A stretch of DNA of 64,000 nucleotides, taken from the NCBI GenBank assembly GCA_964291295.2, contig OZ219754.1:3488001-3552000 (forward strand). Direction: 5' to 3'. Shown one piece after another: positions 30,621 to 39,677 of this stretch. A program made the position numbers and the translations under genes. A model generated the notes under the pieces. It saw nothing but the letters and a program-made list of their open reading frames with translations, was not told where the DNA came from and ran no database searches. The DNA comes from an uncultured Candidatus Binatia bacterium (GTDB lineage: Bacteria; Desulfobacterota; Binatia; UBA9968; JAJDTQ01). The stretch's first letter is position 1, and each line of letters begins with the position of its first letter.

Positions 30621-33067
30621 CTACCCATGCCCCACAAGTGATGCTGGACATTTGATTCGGGCGGTGCTACGGTGCGGGCCATGGATGTTCAGCACCAGAT
30701 CCGGCACCAGCTTGCCCAGCCTGGGTCGGTGCATCATATCACCGAGCTTCTGGATGCGGGGGGCCTTCCGCATCGCACGGCGCTTGCCGAACGTCTGTGT
30801 GCTGATTTCGGTTTCCGCGACGGCCGGGGGCAGCCTCAGGTCGCCACCTGCCTGTGCGCCCTGCGGGCTCTGGAGCGGGCCGGGCAGATCCGGCTTCCGG
30901 CCCGGCGAACGCCCGGTGGGAGTTGTGTCCGGCGGCGCCGGTCGTCGCCGGTGGCGCCGGCACGGGGGGTTCCGGCGGAGGTTGGTGAGGTTCGGGGTCT
31001 GGCGCTGGTTGCGGTTGTGGATCCGGCACAGCGGGAGATCTGGCAGGGACTGATGGAGCACGAGCATCCGCAGGGGGCCGGGCCGCTGGTGGGGCGGCAG
31101 ATGCGGTATTTGCTGGGGTCGGAACACGGCTGGCTGGGGGCCATGGGGGTGGCGGCATCGGCCCTGCAGCTTGCGGTGCGGGACCGCTGGATCGGCTGGG
31201 ACGCGGCGACGCGGCGGCAGCATCTGCACCGGGTGGTGGGTTTGTCCCGGTTCCTGATCCGACCGGAAGTGCGCTGCCGCAACTTGGCGTCGCATGTGCT
31301 GGGACAGCTTCTGCGCCGCTTCGGGGCGGATTTTGCCGCGCGCTATGGTTTCGCGCCATGGCTCATGGAGACCTTCGTGTCGCCGCCCCATGGTGGGGCC
31401 AGCCTGCGGGCCGGCAACTGGCGGTGGCTGGGCGAGACTGCAGGCCGGGGTCGGCAGGACGGTGGCCACGCTGTGGCGGTGGGGGGCAAGGCGGTCTATA
31501 TCCATGAACTGGTGGGTGACTGGCGCACCCGCCTGGGTGTCTCACCGCCCCCGGCGGACACCCTCAGGCTGGACCCGGCGGAGGGTCTTGACGGGCCGTC
31601 CTGGGCCGGGGCGGAGTTGGGCGGCGCGGCGTTCGGCGATGCCCGTCTGAGCGCCCGTCTGGTGGCGATTGCGCAGTTGAAGGGAGCACGATCGATGGGG
31701 TCCTTTCCGCAGGCCGCGAGCGGCAACCGGGCCGAGATCAAGGGGTACTACCGGTTCATCGACCAGCCCGACAGGACCGCGGTGACGCCGGCGGCCATCC
31801 TGGAGCCGCACCGTGCCCGCACGCGGGAGCGCATGCGGGCCGAGCCGGTGGTGCTGTGCATCCAGGACGGCACGGACCTGAACTTTGCATCGCGTCCGGG
31901 CTGCGAGGGGCTCGGGGTCATCGGTGTCAACCAGACCGGCGCCGTTTCACGGGGCCTGCATCTGCATTCGACACTGGCGGTGACCCCGAGCGGCCTGCCG
32001 CTGGGGGTTGTCGGGGCCCGTTTTGATGCACCGCCGGCCAAGGACGAGCCGAGGACACCCGAACCGAGCAAGACCGGACGCTGGCTCGAAGGGTACCGGA
32101 ACTGTGCCGCGCTGGGCCGGGACCTCCCGGAGGGCCGGGTGGTCTGCGTGATGGATCGGGAGGCGGACGCCTTCGAGGTCTTCGAGACGCAACAGGCGCA
32201 CCCGGACGCCGACATCCTGGTGCGAGGCAAGCAGACCCGCCGGGTGGCCGCTGTCCATGCGTCCGGCGCCACCGGCCCGGCCACATCGGTGCGGAAGGCC
32301 CTGCAGGCGGCCCCGGTCCTCGGCACCCTGATCGTCGCCTTGGACCGGCTGACCCCACGGCCCAAGCGAAGCAAGCGCCCGGCCAAGGCCGCCCGCACGG
32401 CGCGCTGCGCCACCCTGACGGTGCGCGCCCAGACCGTGGCCTTGGCACCCACGAGCCCCAGGCATCAGGGCAAGCCGCCGATCCGCCTGCAGGCGGTGAT
32501 GGTGGAGGAGGAGCGTACGCCGGTCGATGCCGTCCCCATCCGCTGGCTGCTGTTCACCACCCTTCCCACCGACACCCTGGAGGACTGCAGGACCTTGGTC
32601 GGGTACTACGCCCGGCGCTGGCGGATCGAGGACTGGCACCGGATCCTGAAGTCCGGTTGCAAGGTCGAGGAACTCGAAAACCGCTCGGCCGACCGCCTCG
32701 CCCGGGCCGTCGCCATCAACCTTGTCATCGCATGGCGCATTCACCTGATGACACTGCTCGGACGCGATCATCCGGACGTGTCACCCGACATCCTGTTCTC
32801 CGAACTCGAAATCAAGGCGCTGAAGGCCTTCGCCGCGCGACAGCGCTACGCCCCTCCCGATACCCTGGCCACCGCCGTACTGACCTTGGCGCGGATCGGC
32901 GGTCATATCCATCGCACCCGTGGACCACCCCCGGGAACAAAGGTGATCTGGCGTGGTCACCTCACCCTCGTTGAATGGTGCATCGGATACCAACTCATGA
33001 TGGAGCAGATAACGTGAAAACAACGGCCACCCTCTTTACTCTCGCATCACTTGTGGGGCATGGGTAG
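30621..33067 (+). mobile_element. IS4-family (Tn5/IS50-like) insertion sequence
   Basis: Perfect 24-bp TIR CTACCCATGCCCCACAAGTGATGC (30621-30644 / 33044-33067) and 8-bp target duplication GGCTAGGG (30613-30620 / 33068-33075). Confidence 0.95.
30672..33017 (+). CDS. DUF4338-like domain fused to IS4/Tn5-type transposase
   Basis: N-term GRQMRYL, RDRWIGW, SRFLIRPEVRCRNLASHVL, METFV..GASLRAGNW; C-term WAGAELGGAAFGDARLSARL, CIQDGTDLNF, VMDREAD, YARRWRIEDWHRILKSGCKVE, PPGTKVIWRG. Confidence 0.93.
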   Translation: MRAMDVQHQIRHQLAQPGSVHHITELLDAGGLPHRTALAERLCADFGFRDGRGQPQVATCLCALRALERAGQIRLPARRTPGGSCVRRRRSSPVAPARGVPAEVGEVRGLALVAVVDPAQREIWQGLMEHEHPQGAGPLVGRQMRYLLGSEHGWLGAMGVAASALQLAVRDRWIGWDAATRRQHLHRVVGLSRFLIRPEVRCRNLASHVLGQLLRRFGADFAARYGFAPWLMETFVSPPHGGASLRAGNWRWLGETAGRGRQDGGHAVAVGGKAVYIHELVGDWRTRLGVSPPPADTLRLDPAEGLDGPSWAGAELGGAAFGDARLSARLVAIAQLKGARSMGSFPQAASGNRAEIKGYYRFIDQPDRTAVTPAAILEPHRARTRERMRAEPVVLCIQDGTDLNFASRPGCEGLGVIGVNQTGAVSRGLHLHSTLAVTPSGLPLGVVGARFDAPPAKDEPRTPEPSKTGRWLEGYRNCAALGRDLPEGRVVCVMDREADAFEVFETQQAHPDADILVRGKQTRRVAAVHASGATGPATSVRKALQAAPVLGTLIVALDRLTPRPKRSKRPAKAARTARCATLTVRAQTVALAPTSPRHQGKPPIRLQAVMVEEERTPVDAVPIRWLLFTTLPTDTLEDCRTLVGYYARRWRIEDWHRILKSGCKVEELENRSADRLARAVAINLVIAWRIHLMTLLGRDHPDVSPDILFSELEIKALKAFAARQRYAPPDTLATAVLTLARIGGHIHRTRGPPPGTKVIWRGHLTLVEWCIGYQLMMEQIT

Positions 33068-33073
33068 GGCTAG

Positions 33074-33563
33074 GGAATGCCGAACAAGGGGTCAAAACAA
33101 GCACGACGGGTTTGAAGACGAAGTTACGAGAGCGTAAGGAAGTGAGAGAGGGCGTTGGAGTCATGGATGTCGAGCCGCGTTGGCGGCTTGGGGCGACAGG
33201 TGGACGCACCTGTGGCCTCATGCGGGGGCGTAACGACCGGCGATGAGCAGGTTGGAGAGACCCAGCAGCAGTACAATGCACTGGGTATTCTTGGCCAGTC
33301 CTTGGTAGCGCACCTTGCGGTAGCCAAAGTGACGCTTCAGTTACAAGAACGGATGTTCCACTTCAGTCCGTATCAAAGCCTTGCGTTTTTCAGCGACCCC
33401 TCGGCACTGTCCTTGTCAAGCTTTCGCCGCAGACTCGACTTCATCGCCACCCGCCACGTCACTTGCTTCTTCGCATCATACTCCAACTCCCCAAACGTCG
33501 CCTGCTTGATCCCTTCCTCTATGCTCTCCCTATGTGCTTATATGGGACTTGTTCAGATTATCC
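33074..33563 (-). mobile_element. Internally deleted, non-autonomous IS5-family remnant
   Basis: Minus strand gives IKQATFGELEYDAKKQ joined to VTWRVAMK..., frameshift, EKRKALIRTEVEHPFL*LKRHFGYRKVRYQGLAKN; imperfect TIRs GGAATGCCGAACAAG / CTTGTTCAGATTATCC flanked by CTAG / CTAA. Confidence 0.8.
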
Positions 33564-33626
33564 CTAATTCACGGGTAACGACAAATTCAAGCGTCAATTG
33601 GCGTCGGAACAGCGGAGTGTCGTGTG

Positions 33627-36482
33627 ATGGGTAGCGATATCAATTTGTCTGATCGAACAACTGGATTTAGCGCCTTGTTTCTGAAGGCATCGGGGTTCTT
33701 CCCTCACGAATACCAAACACGAATCGCCTGTGGCGAACCCAAGGGCCGCAACCGAGACGATTGGCTGAGCGATACTACCCCTTGCGAATCGATGCTTGTC
33801 GATATTCCCACGGGATTCGGGAAGACATCTGCGGTTGTAATGGCTTGGCTTTGGAATCGGGTCAGGAATCGTCGGGACGACTGGCCGCACCGCCTCGTCT
33901 ACTGCCTACCCATGCGGGCGCTCGTCGAACAGACCTTTCAGAACGTGGATCTATGGCTGAAGAGCCTCGGACTCTCGGACGAGATCGGCCTTCATTTGCT
34001 CATGGGGCGCGAAGATGCAGGCGAATGGGATATCCATCCGGAGCGGAACGCCGTTCTTGTGGGTACGCAGGACATGCTTCTCTCCCGAGCCCTCAACCGT
34101 GGCTATGGGATGAGCCGGTATCGCTGGCCGATGCACTTCGGGCTGTTGAATAACGATTGCCTGTGGATCATGGACGAAGTGCAGTTGATGGGGCCGGGGC
34201 TGTGGACGTCAGCGCAACTGGACTGGATGAGAACTGACCGCTTCAAGAGCCTGAAACCCTGCTTCACATGGTGGATGAGTGCAACGATTCGTCCGAAGTT
34301 TCTCAATACGCCCGATCGCAGTAAAGCGAACCTGGCTACCCCAAGGTGTATCCTCTTGGGCGAGCACGACCGGGCACACCAGATTCTTCAGGCTCGTCGC
34401 CCGTGCAGGTTGTGGAAGCCGCCGGCTTCGAAGACAAAGACGCGCAAGAAGGAATCTGATGGCGAGAGGTTGTCAACATTCACGAGGAAGTTGGCCGAGG
34501 ATGTGGCCGGCGAGCATCGGGAGGCAAGCCTGAGCCTTGTCGTCTGCAACACCGTTTCGGTCGCGCAGCAGGTATACGCGGCCGTCAGAAACACCTATAC
34601 CGGTGCCTCCGACGTCGTTCTTCTGACCTCGCGCTTCCGCGCGAAGGACCGCAAAAGCCATCACGACAAGCTTCTCGCCTTCGAAGACGCGCGCAGAGGC
34701 ACCGTGACTTACGGAGCAGTCCCGATTTCGGGACTCATCTGCGTATCGACGCAGGTAGTAGAGGCAGGTGTTGACTTATCGGCGCGACGGTTGTGGTCGG
34801 AGATCGCACCTTGGCCATCGACCATCCAGCGTCTCGGGCGCCTGAATCGGGATGGGCGCCTGAACGGCGACGCCCGCGCCTGGTTTTGGGAAGGACCGGA
34901 GACGCCGAGGCGAAATGCGCGGCTCATCGGTCCTTATGAAGCTAAGGCAGTGAAGCACGGACACAAGCTCGTCAACGCGCTGGCCGCGGTGTGCGAATCC
35001 GACGAAATGGTATCCGTTAAGGACGCCTTGGCAAAGTTGAGTGCACAGGACGAAATCAAGGGCTTGATCGAGAAAGCACTGACTCCCGTGCCGGAACCGT
35101 GCCCGAGGGCCATCGACGTCCACGGGCTCTTTTCGACGGAACCAGATGTCTTCGGCGGCTTTACCGACGTCAGCCCCTTCGTGCGAAATCAGGACGAGAA
35201 CGCTGATGTGACCGTCTTCTGGCGCACATGGCGCGCTGATCCCGAGTTGCACCGGTCGGAGGGATTGACCGGTCCAGCGTTCACTCGTGACGAAGGATGC
35301 ACGGTCGCCATCGGCCGCTTGCGAGAGTTCTTGAGGGAAAAGAGCGCATGGACTTGGGATGACGGGAGTGAGGCATGGGAACGGGTCTACGCTCGGGATA
35401 TCCGTCCCGGCATGTTGGTGATGCTGCGGTGCGATGACGGAGGATACTCCCGTGAGCTGGGCTGGACGGGGAAGGGGAGCGACAAGCTCGATAATGTGCC
35501 GTCACCCGGAGAACCGCACGAGAGGTTCGAGGATGACCGATACAGCGAGAGCGGATTCTGGGTCACCTTGAAGGATCATCTGAGGGACACCGAGCGGGAG
35601 GCGGCACACATCGTACAGGCCATGAACCTGAACAGCGATATCGGCTCAGCGGTCGTTCATGCGTCGTCGGAGCACGATATCGGCAAGGCCCTGTCCCAGT
35701 GGCAGAACAAATTGCCGAAGCCGCCACCACAAGAGGGCCTCGCATGGGCAAAAGCGCCGTACCAACTCGCGGTGAAAACAAATGCTTCCACGGCAAGACA
35801 GGAGACCGAGGGCATTCTTCGTAGGCGGGGCCTGCGCTACTGGTACGCCGGTTCGTGGGAACAGGAGGACGGCCGGATCAAATTCATATGGCACACGGAC
35901 TCAAAAGTGCCTCCTGCGACTCTCGAAAACATCCATGCAGTATCAAGCGACGTATGCGCGTGGAATGTCCCTTTCCGTCCCGGCCTTCGCCATGAAGCGG
36001 CGACCGCCTTGGCGCTTTGGCACCGCTACTATCGAGGTGGGAGCAACGAATTCGCCGCGCTGTCGATCTATCTCTCCGCCGCACACCACGGCAAGGTGCG
36101 GACGGTTCTCAAGTCCCGAAAGCCCCGAAAGTCCCGGACGATCGCCGGCGAGGATGTGTACGGGGTGAACAAGACCACGGCCTTGCTGCCATGGAACGAC
36201 ATGCCATTGGACTTCTCGTGTTCGGTCGATGGAGCATCGGGCTGCTTCTCGGAAGACGGGCGGGAGTTCATCTTCGAAGCACCCGGCTGGACCGGGCTCG
36301 TCGCCGACCTGCTCGGCGCATGGGAGTCCGACGCCGTACCGGGTGTCAGTGGCGCAGTACCGAGCGGAGAGCCGCGCAACCTCGGGCCGTTCGCACTGGC
36401 CTATCTCGAAACGCTGGTTCGCTGCGCCGACGAACGCGCCAGCAAGAGCCCCAGCACCAAGCGGGAGATTAAATCACCGTGA
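33627..36482 (+). CDS. cas3: Type I-G Cas3 (N-terminal SF2 helicase, C-terminal HD nuclease)
   Basis: PTGFGKT, GTQDMLLSRALNRGY, DEVQ, MSAT, STQVVEAGVDL, QRLGRLNR; C-terminal LKDH, HDIGK, RHE, AAHHGKVR, ADERAS. Confidence 0.95.
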   Translation: MGSDINLSDRTTGFSALFLKASGFFPHEYQTRIACGEPKGRNRDDWLSDTTPCESMLVDIPTGFGKTSAVVMAWLWNRVRNRRDDWPHRLVYCLPMRALVEQTFQNVDLWLKSLGLSDEIGLHLLMGREDAGEWDIHPERNAVLVGTQDMLLSRALNRGYGMSRYRWPMHFGLLNNDCLWIMDEVQLMGPGLWTSAQLDWMRTDRFKSLKPCFTWWMSATIRPKFLNTPDRSKANLATPRCILLGEHDRAHQILQARRPCRLWKPPASKTKTRKKESDGERLSTFTRKLAEDVAGEHREASLSLVVCNTVSVAQQVYAAVRNTYTGASDVVLLTSRFRAKDRKSHHDKLLAFEDARRGTVTYGAVPISGLICVSTQVVEAGVDLSARRLWSEIAPWPSTIQRLGRLNRDGRLNGDARAWFWEGPETPRRNARLIGPYEAKAVKHGHKLVNALAAVCESDEMVSVKDALAKLSAQDEIKGLIEKALTPVPEPCPRAIDVHGLFSTEPDVFGGFTDVSPFVRNQDENADVTVFWRTWRADPELHRSEGLTGPAFTRDEGCTVAIGRLREFLREKSAWTWDDGSEAWERVYARDIRPGMLVMLRCDDGGYSRELGWTGKGSDKLDNVPSPGEPHERFEDDRYSESGFWVTLKDHLRDTEREAAHIVQAMNLNSDIGSAVVHASSEHDIGKALSQWQNKLPKPPPQEGLAWAKAPYQLAVKTNASTARQETEGILRRRGLRYWYAGSWEQEDGRIKFIWHTDSKVPPATLENIHAVSSDVCAWNVPFRPGLRHEAATALALWHRYYRGGSNEFAALSIYLSAAHHGKVRTVLKSRKPRKSRTIAGEDVYGVNKTTALLPWNDMPLDFSCSVDGASGCFSEDGREFIFEAPGWTGLVADLLGAWESDAVPGVSGAVPSGEPRNLGPFALAYLETLVRCADERASKSPSTKREIKSP

Positions 36483-38563
36483 ACGTTCTTCCCGTCGTAC
36501 CGCTTAACGGGCTGAGAGCAGATTCGCTCGGCACCTACCTCGCATCGCTCGGGCTGTTCTCGCTCGTTGCCCGGAAATGGCCGAGAGTCAGGGCAGTCTG
36601 GAAGAATGCCGCTTTCTGCCTCGTGGGTGGTCCCGCCACGCTGGAACAGACTGTCGAGTTCGTGGGCGAGATTGGCCAGAAGAGAACCTGGACCGAATAC
36701 GACAAGTCTTGGGACAAGGCAAAGAAGGCCGATAAGGAGGAGCAAACATCAGGGCGAACTGCGATCTGGCGTGCCTTGGAGGCGGAGGAACGATTGCTGC
36801 CTGCCTTCGGAGCGCATCTAGCACTGGACGACCGGGTCAGAGAGAATCCTCTGCTCGGATATGCCGGGCGGCGAAAATTCGACCAAGGCTGGTATAAAGC
36901 CGTCTCCTGTATTGAGAGCCCACCTCACAACCAAAGCAGAGCTTTGTTCAACGCAGATCTCAAAGCGTTTCTTGATGGGCAAGCATGCAGCACATATCTG
37001 AAAGATAAGGGCTTCAATGCGGGATCATGGTTTGGCGTGGCGAACAAGATCTATAACCATGGAACAAGGAAACCCTTTCGCGAGGGGGAAATCACACCTT
37101 GGGCGATGGCATTGGCGTGTGAGGGTTTGTCTTATTTCGCCGGTGGTCCGTCCCGGCAACTGGGCAGCCGACGGCAGCCCACGGGTGCCTTCCCATTCGT
37201 TACTACAGCAATGGCGCCAAGGGGCGTCGGTGACGCTGGCCGCATTGATGCGGAAATCTGGGCTCCGATCTGGAACCAGCCGATGACGGTACCTGAGTTG
37301 AAGTCGCTATTCTTGCGCGGAAGAGCAGAGATTGGAGGCAAAGGCACAATTTCCTCCGCAGCGTTCGCCGCCGGAATCATGAACCGGGGGGTCGATGCCG
37401 GTATCATGGAATTCCGTAGATTCCTGCTTCTGCATACGACGAGCGCACAGACCTTCGAGTCCCGCTTGGCGACCGTTGTTCCGGTACCGGGAACGACACC
37501 GGACAACGCATCCATGCGGGCGATTCGAATGATCGTCAAGCTTCGCGAGGCACTTCCATCGGACCGGAAGGATGGCCAGAAATGGCGATTCTCCGGTGTG
37601 CGAGGCCCACTCGAGCAGGCACTGGTCGACTTCGCCGCCACACGCCCGGGTGAAGGTCGCACCGAGCAAGCTTGGGCGTTGGTGGACCAAGTGTTCGAAG
37701 CGCTTGCTAAGGTTGACCGGAATCGGACGTTTCGCAAACCCAAGATTCGGTTTCGATTGTTGCCGGGTCAGTGGGCGACGCAATTGTTTCAGAAAGATCC
37801 GCCCGATCGAGAAACCCGTTTGGCACTGGCGATATCCTCAATGGCGGGCACGCCAGCCTTTCCACCATTCATCGCCTACCGTCTCGGCGTAGAAAAGAGG
37901 ACTGATGGACCGCGATGGGAGTTCCCGCAGTCTTTGCCCACCCGCCGAATCTGGAGCGATGCCGAGTTGACCGAGAACCTGGGTGCGATGGCCGAAAGAC
38001 GTGTCATGGAAGCATTGCGGAAAGCGGCGCGGCGGCCTCCACTCGGCGCCACGGTCCGAGTGGCGCTCGACGACATTCATGCGTGGCTGTCCGGTGAGGT
38101 GGATGAAGAGCGAACGCGCCTATGGCTGGGGCGCCTTTGCCTGTTCGATTGGGAAGACGACGCAAGCGGCGAGGCTGTGAGGGAGTTGCAGCGCAGCTTC
38201 ACCAGCTTTCGACCAGCCGTTGACGGTGCGCTGGCGCTCCATGCACTGTTCCGCCCGCTCGCAAGTGATTGGCTATTTCGGCGAATCCTCCTCGAGAGCG
38301 GCCTTCAGGCCGAGGGGGTATCGACCTGTGCTTCCTTCGGGCGTGTTATCGCCATGCTGCGACATGGCGACGTGAATGCTGCGACAGAAGCGGCGCTGGC
38401 AGCTTACCGTGCCGCGGGCGTAACACTCGCGGATTTCAACGCCCTTCCTGCCGGCCCTGATCCGGCTCGCCTTCTGGTCTCCTTGATCATCCCGGTTCGT
38501 GACAAACAAGTTCTTGCCGTATTCCGGCGTTGGCGTTCGCCATCCGGACCCACACAAGCATGA
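36479..38563 (+). CDS. csx17: Type I-G large subunit Cas8g (Csx17)
   Basis: LNGLRADSLGTYLASLGLF, TPWAMALACEG, AFPFVT, EIWAPIW, RGVDAGIMEFRRF; position between cas3 and cas7. Confidence 0.85.
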   Translation: MNVLPVVPLNGLRADSLGTYLASLGLFSLVARKWPRVRAVWKNAAFCLVGGPATLEQTVEFVGEIGQKRTWTEYDKSWDKAKKADKEEQTSGRTAIWRALEAEERLLPAFGAHLALDDRVRENPLLGYAGRRKFDQGWYKAVSCIESPPHNQSRALFNADLKAFLDGQACSTYLKDKGFNAGSWFGVANKIYNHGTRKPFREGEITPWAMALACEGLSYFAGGPSRQLGSRRQPTGAFPFVTTAMAPRGVGDAGRIDAEIWAPIWNQPMTVPELKSLFLRGRAEIGGKGTISSAAFAAGIMNRGVDAGIMEFRRFLLLHTTSAQTFESRLATVVPVPGTTPDNASMRAIRMIVKLREALPSDRKDGQKWRFSGVRGPLEQALVDFAATRPGEGRTEQAWALVDQVFEALAKVDRNRTFRKPKIRFRLLPGQWATQLFQKDPPDRETRLALAISSMAGTPAFPPFIAYRLGVEKRTDGPRWEFPQSLPTRRIWSDAELTENLGAMAERRVMEALRKAARRPPLGATVRVALDDIHAWLSGEVDEERTRLWLGRLCLFDWEDDASGEAVRELQRSFTSFRPAVDGALALHALFRPLASDWLFRRILLESGLQAEGVSTCASFGRVIAMLRHGDVNAATEAALAAYRAAGVTLADFNALPAGPDPARLLVSLIIPVRDKQVLAVFRRWRSPSGPTQA

Positions 38564-38573
38564 GGAGACGCAC

Positions 38574-39665
38574 ATGACCGACCATCCGCTGGACCCGTCC
38601 GCGCTACTGAATGGCACAGATCTTCGCCTGACGCTGCACGCGAGTCTCAAGCCGGCTTCAGGGTTAGACCGATTCCAACCGGCGGGCTTCCCGGAAATCG
38701 GTCACGTCATCTACGATGCACCGTGTCCCGATAATCCCGATAACAGTGTGCGGAAGGTCTGCATCGTGGACAGCGCAGCAAGCATGGCGAATCATTTGGA
38801 GACCGTGTGCTTGGCGAGCGAACACTCCCTGGATCTGGCGGATGAGCTTGCCGGCATGCCCTACGTCGAGTGCCGGAACATTGAGTGCTCGATCGATGAT
38901 AGTGATGGAGTAACGAAGGAACTTGTTGTCACAACGCTTTCGGAGGGGCATCGATTGGCCTCGACCTACTTCCTGGACGGCATTCTTGCAGGCAAACACC
39001 AAAAGTTTGTCGATGTACTCCGAGAAAAATTCGGAATAAAGAATCTTGGCAGAAAGTCCCATCCGCTTCCGGAACAGTGGTGGTCGGTCTTTTCGACAAT
39101 CTTCGGCTACGACCCGAACTCGCTCGTTCACGGGGTGCTCTTCCCTGCCATGGGAATCAAGCTGCCTAGAATGCTGACCGCGCATCTCGAGGCGTTCGGC
39201 GCCTCCCGAGTCCGTAGCTCCGGCGTCAAGTTCGACAAGCTCGGAAAGACATCGTCGGGACAACCGATCTTCTCCGTTGACGAGGAGACGGCCAGCGAGA
39301 TCAAGGCTACGTTCGTCATCGACCTCGCGCTGCTTCGGTCATTCGGCCGGGGTGACCGTGGCCTGAACGGCGCGCAGAAGGAATTCCTTCTCGCTCTCGC
39401 ACTGTGGAAAATCGAGCGCCTCCTGCGAGGACCATTCCGCTATCGAAGCAATTGCGATCTTGAGCTTCACGAACTACGCATTCGCGGCCACAAGGAGCCC
39501 GTCGAGCTGTATCCGGTCAATATCCAATCGGCTATCAGAAAAGCGGGCTTCAAAGACCCACCCGTGACAAACGTTTATTGGAGAGCGGAGGATCTATTCC
39601 GCGCCGGTGCAAATGAACCAGCGGACAACTCTGATTCCCAGGACGAACAAGATGTAGATGCCTGA
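38574..39665 (+). CDS. cas7: Type I-G Cas7 (Csb1)
   Basis: RFQPAGFPEIG, IVDSAASMANHLE, EGHRLAS, YDPNSLVHGV, SSGVKFD, FRYRSNCDL; SD GAGGAG. Confidence 0.92.
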   Translation: MTDHPLDPSALLNGTDLRLTLHASLKPASGLDRFQPAGFPEIGHVIYDAPCPDNPDNSVRKVCIVDSAASMANHLETVCLASEHSLDLADELAGMPYVECRNIECSIDDSDGVTKELVVTTLSEGHRLASTYFLDGILAGKHQKFVDVLREKFGIKNLGRKSHPLPEQWWSVFSTIFGYDPNSLVHGVLFPAMGIKLPRMLTAHLEAFGASRVRSSGVKFDKLGKTSSGQPIFSVDEETASEIKATFVIDLALLRSFGRGDRGLNGAQKEFLLALALWKIERLLRGPFRYRSNCDLELHELRIRGHKEPVELYPVNIQSAIRKAGFKDPPVTNVYWRAEDLFRAGANEPADNSDSQDEQDVDA

Positions 39666-39677
39666 CGAGTCGTTTCG

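Noticed and set aside
30672-31560. Druantia anti-phage system
   Set aside because: The DUF4338-like domain is part of a transposase within TIRs; no DruE-like helicase or other dru genes are seen
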